A stretch of 36,339 nucleotides of DNA from Candidatus Limadaptatus stercoravium (GCA_018710835.1 DVJC01000006.1:1-36339); one strand, 5' to 3'; shown: positions 9,195 to 17,490, numbered from the stretch's first letter. Translations and numbers: made by a program. Notes: generated by a model from the sequence alone, not told the origin.

Positions 9195-9443
9195 GCGGAC
9201 GGCTGACTGTGGTACCGAACGTTACATAAGTTATCGCAAAGTCCTGAGCGGACGGCTGACTGTGGTGCAGTGCATTACATAAGTTACCGCAAAGTCCTGT
9301 GCGTCCGGGTTCTGAGCGGACGGCTGACTACGGTACCGAACGTTAAATAAGTTATCGCAAAGTCCTGAGCGGACGGCTGACTGTGGCGCAGTGCATTGCA
9401 TAAGTTTCGGCAAAGTCCTGAGCGGGCGGCCGGCTATGCGGTA
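9188..9443. repeat. Tandem array of about 4.5 copies of a 53-bp unit (A-B-A-B pattern) with one 15-bp truncated copy
   Basis: Units start gtcctgagcggacgg-like at 9188, 9241, 9309, 9362, 9415; degenerate 15-bp copy at 9294-9308. Confidence 0.95.
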
Positions 9444-9481
9444 GAGAGTATAAAACGCACATTTAACAGCCGGCACACGCG

Positions 9482-9530
9482 TCGGACGGCCACCGACAAA
9501 GCAAAACCGCGGCATATGCCGCGGTTTTTT
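9482..9530. terminator. Palindromic bidirectional terminator, copy 1 of a dispersed 45-bp element
   Basis: Perfect 26-bp palindrome aaaaccgcggcatatgccgcggtttt (9503-9528) between convergent genes; 9482-9526 matches 29227-29271 at 44/45 nt. Confidence 0.85.
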
Positions 9531-9607
9531 GTGTAGTCGGTTATTGTTTTGCTGCTTTTAGCGCTGTATGCCGGAGCATACTTTCTTCTCTCCGCCGGAC
9601 GGCGAAG

Positions 9608-10561
9608 TCATGCCTCGGCGGGGAAGATGTCAGCGAAGGTGGTGTCCGCGGAGAGTATGGAATACTGCGCAGAGGTAGCTACATTACCTCTTATTCTTAT
9701 TCCGTCGGTGATGATCTCCGATAAGTCGAGAGTGATGAGTCCGGTGATTTCAAGTGTTTTGTTTTCAAAGAGCTTAAAGAGCTCCATCGGGAAGAATTCA
9801 ACGTTATAGGCGAGGAATTCCGCGTCTTCATAAGGCATGAACGCCGTGATGTCCTGCGAGGTGGTCATCGCGGCGAAGTTGCCGTCCGAAAAGGTCACGG
9901 AGCCGGTCACGTCGCCGAAGTCGATCCAGTCGTAGATCATGGGCATGATGTCGTAGCCCGCGTCATATGCGAGTATGGGAGCGACCTGCTGCAGTATCCA
10001 GTCCAGCGCGCTCTCGCCGGGGATGGTGTAATCTGACGCCGATCCGCCGATGAGTTCCGCGTCATAGAAGGTGTTCATGCCGAAGTCCAGCACGGGAATG
10101 GTGTCATGCAGGGACTGTTGCGTAAAAGTAACGTCTTCGGCAAGAGGATAGAGCCCGCCGAGAGCAACGGCATCCAACGTGAATACACCGTCCGCGCTTT
10201 TGTGTACGGAAAGATCGACGTCGAGTCCGTTTTCGAGCGCGCCGGCGAAAATTCCGCTTGCTATGGCGTCAAGCCCGTCCACCTTGACGGTGTAGTCCAT
10301 GCGGAACTCGTCACCCAGATACACACGTTTGCCCTCGAGGGTGATCTTTACGGGGACTGCTCCTTTACCGCTGCCGAGAGTGGCGTCGATGACGCCCGTA
10401 TCCGTGCTCATTTTGTATTCCGCGCCGTCCCATGCGGACTTCGCATTTGCATAGCTCGCGACGAAATCGTCTTTGTTGCACGCTGCGAGCGCAAGGGCGG
10501 AAACCAGAAGGCAGACGAGCAGTATAAGTGACACAATGATGGTTTTAGCAGTGCGTTTCAT
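9608..10561 (-). CDS. Acidic lipoprotein of unknown function
   Basis: Signal peptide with lipobox LAAC; RBS GGAGG; 14 bp downstream of the GH18 gene. Confidence 0.8.
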   Translation of the reverse strand: MKRTAKTIIVSLILLVCLLVSALALAACNKDDFVASYANAKSAWDGAEYKMSTDTGVIDATLGSGKGAVPVKITLEGKRVYLGDEFRMDYTVKVDGLDAIASGIFAGALENGLDVDLSVHKSADGVFTLDAVALGGLYPLAEDVTFTQQSLHDTIPVLDFGMNTFYDAELIGGSASDYTIPGESALDWILQQVAPILAYDAGYDIMPMIYDWIDFGDVTGSVTFSDGNFAAMTTSQDITAFMPYEDAEFLAYNVEFFPMELFKLFENKTLEITGLITLDLSEIITDGIRIRGNVATSAQYSILSADTTFADIFPAEA

Positions 10562-10575
10562 GTTCGAAAACCTCC

Positions 10576-12270
10576 TTATTCGCCGTAACCGACGATGCGT
10601 TCGGCCGCAGTGTCTCTAATGACGCGGAGCAGATTGAGATAGTTGTCGTCGTAATCCTTCGCTTCCCAGTCGCAGTCTGTGTCTTCGCGCCAAAGCATCA
10701 TGCCGGCAAAGCCCTGTTCGATGACGTAAGCAGTTTTGTCTGCGACCATTGCGCCGCCGTTGACCCAGACTTGTATAAATTGAATAGTGTAGGTGACGGA
10801 GCCGTCAAGGTTTGTGCCCGTGTAATACAGCCACTGCGAGTTGTCCCAGTAGGTATAGGGCTTTTTGTCATAGGTCGCCCATGCCTCTATGTCATATTCG
10901 TATTCGCTGCCGCTGTGCTCACCGTTCTCGCCGGGAATTTCCTTGTAGCCATAATTCGTCCACACGGTGTCCCAGCTGTTGGGCCTTCCGTAGACGGGGA
11001 GTCCGAGCACAAGTTGGGAAGGCTTGAAACCGATGTTGACGAAGTAACGCATGGAGGAGTATGCTCCGCTGCGGAATGAGGCGTGGTTGCCGTCCTTGAT
11101 GTCGAAGCGGTCGTACGCCATCATCTGCACGAAATCCACCGCGTCGATCTGTTCCTGCGTGAGGCGCACGTTGTCTGCAGAGAGAGCCAGGGAAATGTAC
11201 TTGTCCTCGCCGGAGGAGTCGATTGCCTCGCTGACGCGGGTGATGAGGTCGCCGTAATGTTTCCATTCGGTCACGCCGTTCGGGTACTCCCAGTCGAAGT
11301 CGATGCCGTCAACGCGGTCGTCGTCGGCAATAAGGGAAGTAATGTTTTCCATCAGCGTATCCATGTTGCCGGGAAGTCCGTGTGCGGACAGGTCGGACGG
11401 GAAGAGATCCATGCATATGTTCACGTTGCGGTCGCCCACGATGGACACGATCCTGTCGAGCAGCTGATTGTAGAAAGTCGGGTCTGACGTGCGGTTCTCG
11501 GGGGCGAAACCGTTCTCGGACGCGTAGACAAGCGAGCCGTCCTCTTCCCAGAAAACAAAGGATATGAGGATCATGTCCGTGATCACGCCGCGGTCGAGTT
11601 CCTCCGCCAGTGCTGCCGCTTCTTCGTCCGTCATATTGTAAAAGTCATCCACTCTGTAATAGTTGAATACACGGAAATCGTTCTCGTATTCTTTGGGGGC
11701 GATGTTGTATATTTCGACCTCCGCGATCGATATATCTTTCCCTTCATCGCAGCGTTCGAAATAAATGCGGAAAGTGGTCACTTCCACCGCGTCGAAAGTG
11801 CAGTAGCGGTAACGCTCGATCCTGTCCTGCTGACGATAGAAGAAATTCTCGAAATAGCCGTAGCCGTCTGTCGGATATTCCCCGTTCTCGTCGGGGGTGA
11901 CGAAGCTGAAACCGGAGATGTAGTTGCCGTTTTCGCGCAGGACTACGGTGTTGATCTCCGTAGGCGAGGGAAGTGTGATCTCGATATACTGTCCGGTGGT
12001 GCTTTCCGCCGTCCATGCCGTCGAGGTGTCGCCGTCCGCGACGTTCCCCGCGCTGTCCGCCGCGCTCGATGCCGTGATCTGCTGCGCGCTTGCCGCGAGG
12101 TTTTCGGCGGCGGTGGTGTCGAGATCGTCGGTGAACACGTTCCCGAAATCCTCGACGCCCATCGAGCCGACTGACGGAGGATCGTTGTTGCAGGCGGCGA
12201 AGAGAACGCCGCATACGACCGTAAGCACGAGCGCCGCGGCGATGATGACGGTAAATCTTCCTTTCTTCAT
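10576..12270 (-). CDS. Lipoprotein: discoidin/CBM32-like domain + GH18 glycoside hydrolase
   Basis: Lipobox FAAC; ADGDTSTAW...EVEIY discoidin-like pattern; intact DGIDFDWEYP (DxxDxDxE), MMAYD, LVLGLPVYGR, GMMLW; start moved to ATG 12270 after GGAG. Confidence 0.88.
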   Translation of the reverse strand: MKKGRFTVIIAAALVLTVVCGVLFAACNNDPPSVGSMGVEDFGNVFTDDLDTTAAENLAASAQQITASSAADSAGNVADGDTSTAWTAESTTGQYIEITLPSPTEINTVVLRENGNYISGFSFVTPDENGEYPTDGYGYFENFFYRQQDRIERYRYCTFDAVEVTTFRIYFERCDEGKDISIAEVEIYNIAPKEYENDFRVFNYYRVDDFYNMTDEEAAALAEELDRGVITDMILISFVFWEEDGSLVYASENGFAPENRTSDPTFYNQLLDRIVSIVGDRNVNICMDLFPSDLSAHGLPGNMDTLMENITSLIADDDRVDGIDFDWEYPNGVTEWKHYGDLITRVSEAIDSSGEDKYISLALSADNVRLTQEQIDAVDFVQMMAYDRFDIKDGNHASFRSGAYSSMRYFVNIGFKPSQLVLGLPVYGRPNSWDTVWTNYGYKEIPGENGEHSGSEYEYDIEAWATYDKKPYTYWDNSQWLYYTGTNLDGSVTYTIQFIQVWVNGGAMVADKTAYVIEQGFAGMMLWREDTDCDWEAKDYDDNYLNLLRVIRDTAAERIVGYGE

Positions 12271-12292
12271 AAAAAACTCCCTTAACGATTTG

Positions 12293-12344
12293 CCGTATAT
12301 ATACGGATTGCTAATATAATAACACGTCGTAAGACAAAACTCAA
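12293..12344 (-). promoter_or_regulatory. Promoter and palindromic operator candidate for the GH18 operon
   Basis: TTGAGT-17 nt-TATTAT (12344-12316) and perfect 14-bp palindrome ccgtatatatacgg (12293-12306) just downstream. Confidence 0.5.
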
Positions 12345-12437
12345 CGGCGATCCGCACATTGGACCCGCGTTAATGAGTGCAGGTACGGACCGCCGTCTGA
12401 TGCTGTGCGCCGCGAAGGCGGCGCGTATGTAAGTTCG

Positions 12438-12578
12438 TCAGGCCTGAGCTTCCGCGCCGTAGACTGCCGCTACGCTTTCGAAGGTCGCGTCGTCGTTGCA
12501 GGCAAACAGCATCGGAGTGAATGCAAGCATGGCGACAACAACCACCGAAAACAATGCGATTGTTTTCTTTTTGCTCAT
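12438..12578 (-). CDS. 46-aa micro-lipoprotein, absent from the ORF track: MSKKKTIALFSVVVVAMLAFTPMLFACNDDATFESVAAVYGAEAQA
   Basis: Translated by hand; RBS AGGGGG 5 nt upstream; basic N-region, hydrophobic core, lipobox-like LFA-C27; own promoter and flanking hairpins. Confidence 0.72.
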   Translation of the reverse strand: MSKKKTIALFSVVVVAMLAFTPMLFACNDDATFESVAAVYGAEAQA

Positions 12579-12609
12579 AATTACCCCCTGTCAGGAATTG
12601 AAAGTCGAA

Positions 12610-12658
12610 AGGGATCAAGGCCCCTCTGCAGCGCCTTGATCCCTGCGATAGTATAGCA
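12610..12658 (-). promoter_or_regulatory. Extended -10 promoter and 5' stem-loop for the micro-lipoprotein
   Basis: TGcTATACT (12658-12650); perfect 12-bp stem 12610-12621/12633-12644 beginning at the predicted +1. Confidence 0.55.
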
Positions 12659-12734
12659 TTGACCATTTGTCAGTCAGCAGCGTCTGCGCGCGGAAAAAAT
12701 TTTTAATGTCGGGGCGTGCGGCGGCATTTTGTGC

Positions 12735-12762
12735 TTGCGGACGAACCGAAAGGCTGTATAAT
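12735..12762 (+). promoter_or_regulatory. Candidate promoter of the amidohydrolase operon
   Basis: TTGCGG-16 nt-TATAAT. Confidence 0.45.
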
Positions 12763-12852
12763 TATTGTATAGGCGTGCGCAAGGGCGCAGTTGCGCGGGC
12801 GCGCGATAAGACGTGTGTGAAAGGCGGGATCCGGCTTTCCGAGGAGTGCGGC

Positions 12853-14166
12853 ATGAAGAAAAACGGAAAAATCGTGTTTGTCGGCTGCGATATCGTGGAC
12901 GTGACCGCGGACTGCGCGGTGGTGAAGGGCAGGGATATTTTTACCGAAAACGGACTTATTGTAAAGATCGCTCCGACAGGCGGCGACACATCGGGCTATG
13001 CGGTGTACGACGCTGTCGGATTGTACGCCATGCCGGGGTTGGTAAATGCGCATGCGCATCTTTTCGGCACCGGCGCGCCGAGCAAGATCCTTTCCGGCGG
13101 CGGAGCGCAGAAACTCGTGCTGAAGCTCGTGCGAAGCGCCTTCGGTCCGGCTGTGCTGAAAAAGCTCGTCGCTTCGGCGTGCGCTCAGGAGCTCAATTCC
13201 GGCGTGACGACGCTTCGCGGACTGGGGGACTTCAGATTCTCCGACCTTGCGGTGCGCGACGCGATAAAGAAGGGCAAAGGAAAGGCGGCGGGACTCAATC
13301 TGCTGGTTTCCGGCCCAGCGCTGACGGCGCCCGGCGGACACGGCGACGGCACTTTCGCGGTGACGGCATCCACTCCCGCGGAGTTTGCCGCGCTTGCGGA
13401 GCAGAACGTCAGAAACGGAGTGGATCTCGTGAAGATCTGCATCACGGGCGGCGTTACCGACGCGAAGAAGAAGGGCGAGCCCGGCGAAGTCAAGATGACG
13501 GAAGAGCAGGTGAAAGCCGTATGCGACAGAGCGCACGCGCTGGGCAAAAAGGTCGCTGCGCACGTGCAGAGTCCGAGAGGTGTGGAGATCGCCGCAAAAT
13601 GCGGAGTGGACACCATAGAACACGGCGCGCACATGAGCGATGAGGCGGCCGCGGCGCTGAAGGCGCGCGGCGGCGCGGTCGTTGCGACTTATACGCCTGC
13701 ATATCCCTATTTCAAACTTCCTCCCGAAATGACCAAGCTCGACGAGGTCAGGGTGTTCAATTCCGGCATAGTGCTGGATGGCATGACGCAGAGCGTGAAG
13801 GACGCGTACGCGCACGGCATAACAGTGGCGATGGGTACCGACGCGTCGTGTCCGTTCTCGACGCAGACCGGCATGTGGCGCGAGGTGATATATTTTGCAA
13901 AACTCGGCGGATTCGGAACGAAAGCCGCGCTGTATGCGGCTACTATGGGCGGAGCGGCGGCGGTCGGACAGGCGGACAAAACAGGTTCGCTCGAAGTCGG
14001 AAAACGCGCGGACATACTGCTGCTTTCCGACGATCCCGTCAGCAACCCCGAAACGTTGCGCACCCCCGTCGCCGTGGCGGCCGGCGGCAGGCTCATCGCA
14101 CGCCCCAAGCCGAAACGCAACAAGAAGATAGAAGCCGTGCTCGACGGACTCATGAAGGAGCTTTGA
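12853..14166 (+). CDS. Metal-dependent amidohydrolase (prolidase/Xaa-Pro dipeptidase-like subgroup)
   Basis: MPGLVNAHAH, GGHGD, VKICITGG, AAHV, IEHG, MGTDA, G.LEVGKRADI; start moved to ATG 12853 after GAGGAG. Confidence 0.88.
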   Translation: MKKNGKIVFVGCDIVDVTADCAVVKGRDIFTENGLIVKIAPTGGDTSGYAVYDAVGLYAMPGLVNAHAHLFGTGAPSKILSGGGAQKLVLKLVRSAFGPAVLKKLVASACAQELNSGVTTLRGLGDFRFSDLAVRDAIKKGKGKAAGLNLLVSGPALTAPGGHGDGTFAVTASTPAEFAALAEQNVRNGVDLVKICITGGVTDAKKKGEPGEVKMTEEQVKAVCDRAHALGKKVAAHVQSPRGVEIAAKCGVDTIEHGAHMSDEAAAALKARGGAVVATYTPAYPYFKLPPEMTKLDEVRVFNSGIVLDGMTQSVKDAYAHGITVAMGTDASCPFSTQTGMWREVIYFAKLGGFGTKAALYAATMGGAAAVGQADKTGSLEVGKRADILLLSDDPVSNPETLRTPVAVAAGGRLIARPKPKRNKKIEAVLDGLMKEL

Positions 14167-14167
14167 T

Positions 14168-15136
14168 ATGGAAAAGTACGCACTCGATTACAGCGAAAAC
14201 ATCGAAGTGAACGGCGATATGCAGAACATCCGCGTACGCGCCGCGGAAAAAGGGCTGCCCGTAGTGCTCTTTCTGCACGGTGGTCCGGGAGTGTGCGACC
14301 GCCATCAGATCATGAGGAACCATTCCGCCCTTGCGGAGAAATACACCCTCGTGTGCTGGGATCAGCGCGGTTCGGGCAAGAGTTACACCCCCGCGATCCG
14401 CACGCAGAAACTTTCCGTTGCGACATTCGTCGACGACGTCGAGTTCATGCTCGAATATCTCACGGGCAAGTTCGGGGTGAGGAAAGTCGCCGTCGTCGGG
14501 CACAGCTGGGGGTCCATCATCGGCACCCTCGCGGTATCCCGCCGCCCCGATCTGGTGTCGGTGTACATAGGAGAGGGACAGTTCGTGGACGGCGACAGCA
14601 ACGAAGCGGAATCCTACCGCTTCTGCCTGGAAGAGGCTGAAAAGAGAGGGGACAAAAAGGCTTTGAAAGCCCTGACGGGCAACGCGCCCGTCGACGGCGT
14701 GTACGCTTCGCACAAAGCGATGATGACGCAGCGCGACTGCCTGTCACGCTACGGCGGAGCGATATACCGCGGTGACGACGGACTGGTCAAAGGGCTGCTG
14801 ATGCCGCTTCTGAAAAGTCCGGAATACACTCTCGGCGACATAGCGAAATACGCGCGCGGAGCGCTGTACCTCACCGACGTGATATGGAGCGACGTGGTAG
14901 GACAGAGGCTCGGCAAGATCACGCGGCTGGACGTGCCCGTGGCTATCACGCAGGGCAGACACGACTTCAACACGCCGTCCGCGCTTGCGAAGAAGTGGTT
15001 CGACGCGCTGGAAGCTCCGTACAAGAAGTGGATATGGTTCGAGGATTCCGCGCATTCTCCCGATCAGGAAGAGCCGGACAAATGGCGCGCCGCGCTGGAC
15101 GAGATCCTCTCCGAAACAGCGTCCGTAGAGAAATGA
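14168..15136 (+). CDS. Alpha/beta hydrolase, prolyl aminopeptidase (S33)-like
   Basis: FLHGGPG, WDQRGSGKS, GHSWG nucleophile elbow, QGRHD, SAHSP. Confidence 0.88.
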   Translation: MEKYALDYSENIEVNGDMQNIRVRAAEKGLPVVLFLHGGPGVCDRHQIMRNHSALAEKYTLVCWDQRGSGKSYTPAIRTQKLSVATFVDDVEFMLEYLTGKFGVRKVAVVGHSWGSIIGTLAVSRRPDLVSVYIGEGQFVDGDSNEAESYRFCLEEAEKRGDKKALKALTGNAPVDGVYASHKAMMTQRDCLSRYGGAIYRGDDGLVKGLLMPLLKSPEYTLGDIAKYARGALYLTDVIWSDVVGQRLGKITRLDVPVAITQGRHDFNTPSALAKKWFDALEAPYKKWIWFEDSAHSPDQEEPDKWRAALDEILSETASVEK

Positions 15137-15165
15137 CAGAAGGAGCAAAAACGCGCTATGGCAGC

Positions 15166-15200
15166 AAAAACCCGCCTTTAACGGCGGGTTTCGCTTTTTT
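15166..15200. terminator. Bidirectional intrinsic terminator
   Basis: aaacccgcc (15168-15176) / ggcgggttt (15183-15191) between convergent genes, with A/T tracts. Confidence 0.75.
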
Positions 15201-15266
15201 ATCCGCTTGTTCTGACATTTTGCGCCGCGGCGCGCGGTTGAGCCGATTGGGCGCGGCGCGCGGCGT

Positions 15267-16253
15267 TCAGCTTGTAAAAATGTTGTGTACGAAGTCGTTG
15301 AGCGCGGGACGCCATACGGACGGGGAGTGTCCTATAACAGCGAATTTGACCTGGTAGACGTGTTCCACCCCTATGGCGTTGAGTTTCTCGTGGATGTTCG
15401 CGCTCACTCCCGCCAGGGTGTCGAACATGCTCACGGTTATCTGAACGTAACGGAATCCGTCCGAGCCTTCGTCGAGGGCGAAGTCGGGCACATAGTCGGA
15501 CGAGGAAACGACGTCCTCGCCGAAGGACGCGGAGGAGAAGGCTCCCACCCAGCCGAATATATCCTGATAGGCGAACGCGGTCAGCAGCGCTTCGCGTCCG
15601 CCCATCGAGAATCCGGCGATAGCCGTATTGTCCTTGCCCGTAAGCACGGAGTAGTGCCCGTTGACGTACGGCATAAGGCATTCGACGATATCACGTCCCG
15701 TGAGGTCGTAAGTGGCGGCGAGTTCCGGCGGTGCGGAGGGCGGGATCATCGTCCACTCCGGCTCGGTCTCCGTGGCGTTGACAAGACTGTTCACGCACAC
15801 GACGACCATCTCCGGCACGCCGTCGAATATGTGCGCGTTCTGCACCGTGTACTGCGCGCCCATGGGTATGCCCGACACACCTTCCGTCCACGCGTCCTCG
15901 TCGCACTGAAGTCCGTGGAGCAGATAGAGCACGGGGTAGCTTTTCGATTCGTCATAATCCGGAGGAAGTATTACGTTCGCATGCTTGTACGCGCCCGCGA
16001 CGGTAGAGTAATACTCTATCTTGACGATCTCGTCGCCTTCGGTGTAGTCGTACCCTTCGACGGGCTCGTAAAACAAATAACCTTCGGGTTTTTCGGGATA
16101 GTCCGGGACTTCGGGCTCTTCGGGCAGGGAAGGCTCGTCCTCTCCGCCGGGAGAAGAGCCGTCGTCGGAGGCGCCGGAATTGTCGCATGCGGCAAATGCG
16201 CACACGGAAAGCGCTAAAATCAAAATCAAGAAAAACGCAAGCAGTTTTTTCAT
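15267..16253 (-). CDS. Lipoprotein esterase (CE1/feruloyl-esterase-like alpha/beta hydrolase)
   Basis: Lipobox FAAC, Pro/Glu-rich linker, LPPDYD..KSYPVLYLLHG, AIAGFSMGG, GHS; start moved to ATG 16253 after GAGGTG. Confidence 0.85.
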   Translation of the reverse strand: MKKLLAFFLILILALSVCAFAACDNSGASDDGSSPGGEDEPSLPEEPEVPDYPEKPEGYLFYEPVEGYDYTEGDEIVKIEYYSTVAGAYKHANVILPPDYDESKSYPVLYLLHGLQCDEDAWTEGVSGIPMGAQYTVQNAHIFDGVPEMVVVCVNSLVNATETEPEWTMIPPSAPPELAATYDLTGRDIVECLMPYVNGHYSVLTGKDNTAIAGFSMGGREALLTAFAYQDIFGWVGAFSSASFGEDVVSSSDYVPDFALDEGSDGFRYVQITVSMFDTLAGVSANIHEKLNAIGVEHVYQVKFAVIGHSPSVWRPALNDFVHNIFTS

Positions 16254-16287
16254 ATTCCACCTCGTTTTCCCCATATATGCCTCTTAT

Positions 16288-16316
16288 ATGATACGACGTG
16301 CCGCGCGAAAAATCAA
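16288..16316 (-). promoter_or_regulatory. Candidate promoter of the esterase gene
   Basis: TTGATT-17 nt-TATCAT. Confidence 0.5.
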
Positions 16317-16440
16317 TATCAATGTGTTCAGTTCTTGCCGCGTCTGCCTTTCGCGCCGTCCCTCAGTGCGTGCGCATAGCCGAGAAGCTGCCTGCGTCCA
16401 GCCGGATCGAGCTGTTCGTAGATCTCCTGTATCTCGCTTT

Positions 16441-16677
16441 TCAGTAATCCGTCCTGCCGACCAGATAGTCTATGTCGACGTTGAAATAGTCCGCAAGCAG
16501 CCACAGGCTGCGTATGCTCGGTTCCTTTTTGCCCAGCAGCCATGCGGAGATGGTGTTCTGACTTATCCCGGCGCGCGCGGCGAGCTGGACCTGGTTGAGA
16601 GAGTTCTCCCTCATCAGCTCCTTGATCCTTGCGGCGACCTGGATTTGTACGTTTCCGTGAAGTTCGCGGTATGCCAT
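16441..16677 (-). CDS. XRE-family HTH regulator (78 aa), possibly frameshifted with a C-terminal part continuing to 16328
   Basis: RIKELM..NQVQLAARAGISQNTISAWLLGKKEPS..LADYFNVDIDYLVGR HTH_3 pattern. Confidence 0.88.
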   Translation of the reverse strand: MAYRELHGNVQIQVAARIKELMRENSLNQVQLAARAGISQNTISAWLLGKKEPSIRSLWLLADYFNVDIDYLVGRTDY

Positions 16678-16683
16678 GCGTAA

Positions 16684-16752
16684 ATTATAGCACCTTGGGA
16701 GTACCCGCGCAAGAACCTTTTTATTGCGAATGCGGTAAATATGTGTTAACAT
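16684..16752. promoter_or_regulatory. Back-to-back divergent sigma-A promoters
   Basis: Minus: TTGCGC(16712-16707)-17-TATAAT(16689-16684) with TG extension. Plus: TTGCGA(16724-16729)-17-TAACAT(16747-16752) with TG extension. Confidence 0.65.
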
Positions 16753-16770
16753 TACGGCAGGAGGAGCGAT

Positions 16771-17421
16771 ATGGCAAACGTTACGGCAGTTCCGGCGATC
16801 CGCACCGCAGTTGCGAAATGCGGCAACGTGCGGAGAAAAAACAGAGTATTCGCCGCAGTTATGAGCATTGCCGCGGCTATGATCGTCGCCGCTTTCGCCG
16901 CTTTCATCGCGCTCATGTGCGTGCGCGGCGAAGGAAGCGCGGAGATAGAATTCTTTTGGAATTTCATTCCTTTTGCATGTTTTGCGGCGGCGGCGTTCGT
17001 CATGCCGTTCGCTATGGCGAAGAAAAACTTTTACAGGCAGCTTTGCGCCGTTGCGGACAGGATAGAGAGCGCGGACAGCACCGTGATAGCCTCTCTTGCC
17101 GTCGATTTGTCCCCCGCGGCGGAGGACGCCGCAAGGATAACCGTCGGAGCGATCATCGCGGGCGGCGCGCTGCCTGACTACGAGATAGTCGCGGATAAAG
17201 TGGTGGCAAAAAAGTCCCTGGCTCTTTCCGATAAAAAAGCGGAGGAAATGTACGGAGAGTTCGTCGCGCGCGCAAATTCCGTCGCGGCGGTGTCCGTTGC
17301 CGTGCGGGCGGAGGAAAAAGTCCCGACGCATTGTCCGTCCTGTGGCGCACCCGTCGTGCGCGACGGGGCGAAATTCTGCGAATCGTGCGGAGTGCGGCTC
17401 CGCGGCGGCGGCGCGGAGTGA
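16771..17421 (+). CDS. Two-TM membrane protein with C-terminal zinc ribbon
   Basis: RBS AGGAGG; two hydrophobic segments; CPSCG...AKFCESCG at the C-terminus. Confidence 0.8.
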   Translation: MANVTAVPAIRTAVAKCGNVRRKNRVFAAVMSIAAAMIVAAFAAFIALMCVRGEGSAEIEFFWNFIPFACFAAAAFVMPFAMAKKNFYRQLCAVADRIESADSTVIASLAVDLSPAAEDAARITVGAIIAGGALPDYEIVADKVVAKKSLALSDKKAEEMYGEFVARANSVAAVSVAVRAEEKVPTHCPSCGAPVVRDGAKFCESCGVRLRGGGAE

Positions 17422-17490
17422 GCCCTGAGCGCGCCGCACGCCCGCGAGCGCGCCGCGCGCAAAATCTTTTCAAAAAGGGCGGTCAACTTT

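Noticed and set aside
9188-9443. CRISPR array
   Set aside because: The variable parts are only about 13 nt and recur A-B-A-B rather than being unique spacers; there are no cas genes or AT-rich leader
9188-9443. Hammerhead ribozyme repeats (gtc-ctgag...caaa)
   Set aside because: The required CUGANGA and GAAA cores are not present (ctgagcg, gcaaa)
12370-12666. 98-aa minus and 83-aa plus ORFs in this intergenic region
   Set aside because: No RBS or recognisable features; the 46-aa lipoprotein ORF in another frame explains the signals better
16328-17421. Prophage or ICE
   Set aside because: No integrase, structural, replication or conjugation genes in the window
16678-17439. 332-aa minus-strand ORF as one protein
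   Set aside because: Only the last 78 aa are an HTH; the rest is antisense to the zinc-ribbon gene and crosses the promoters
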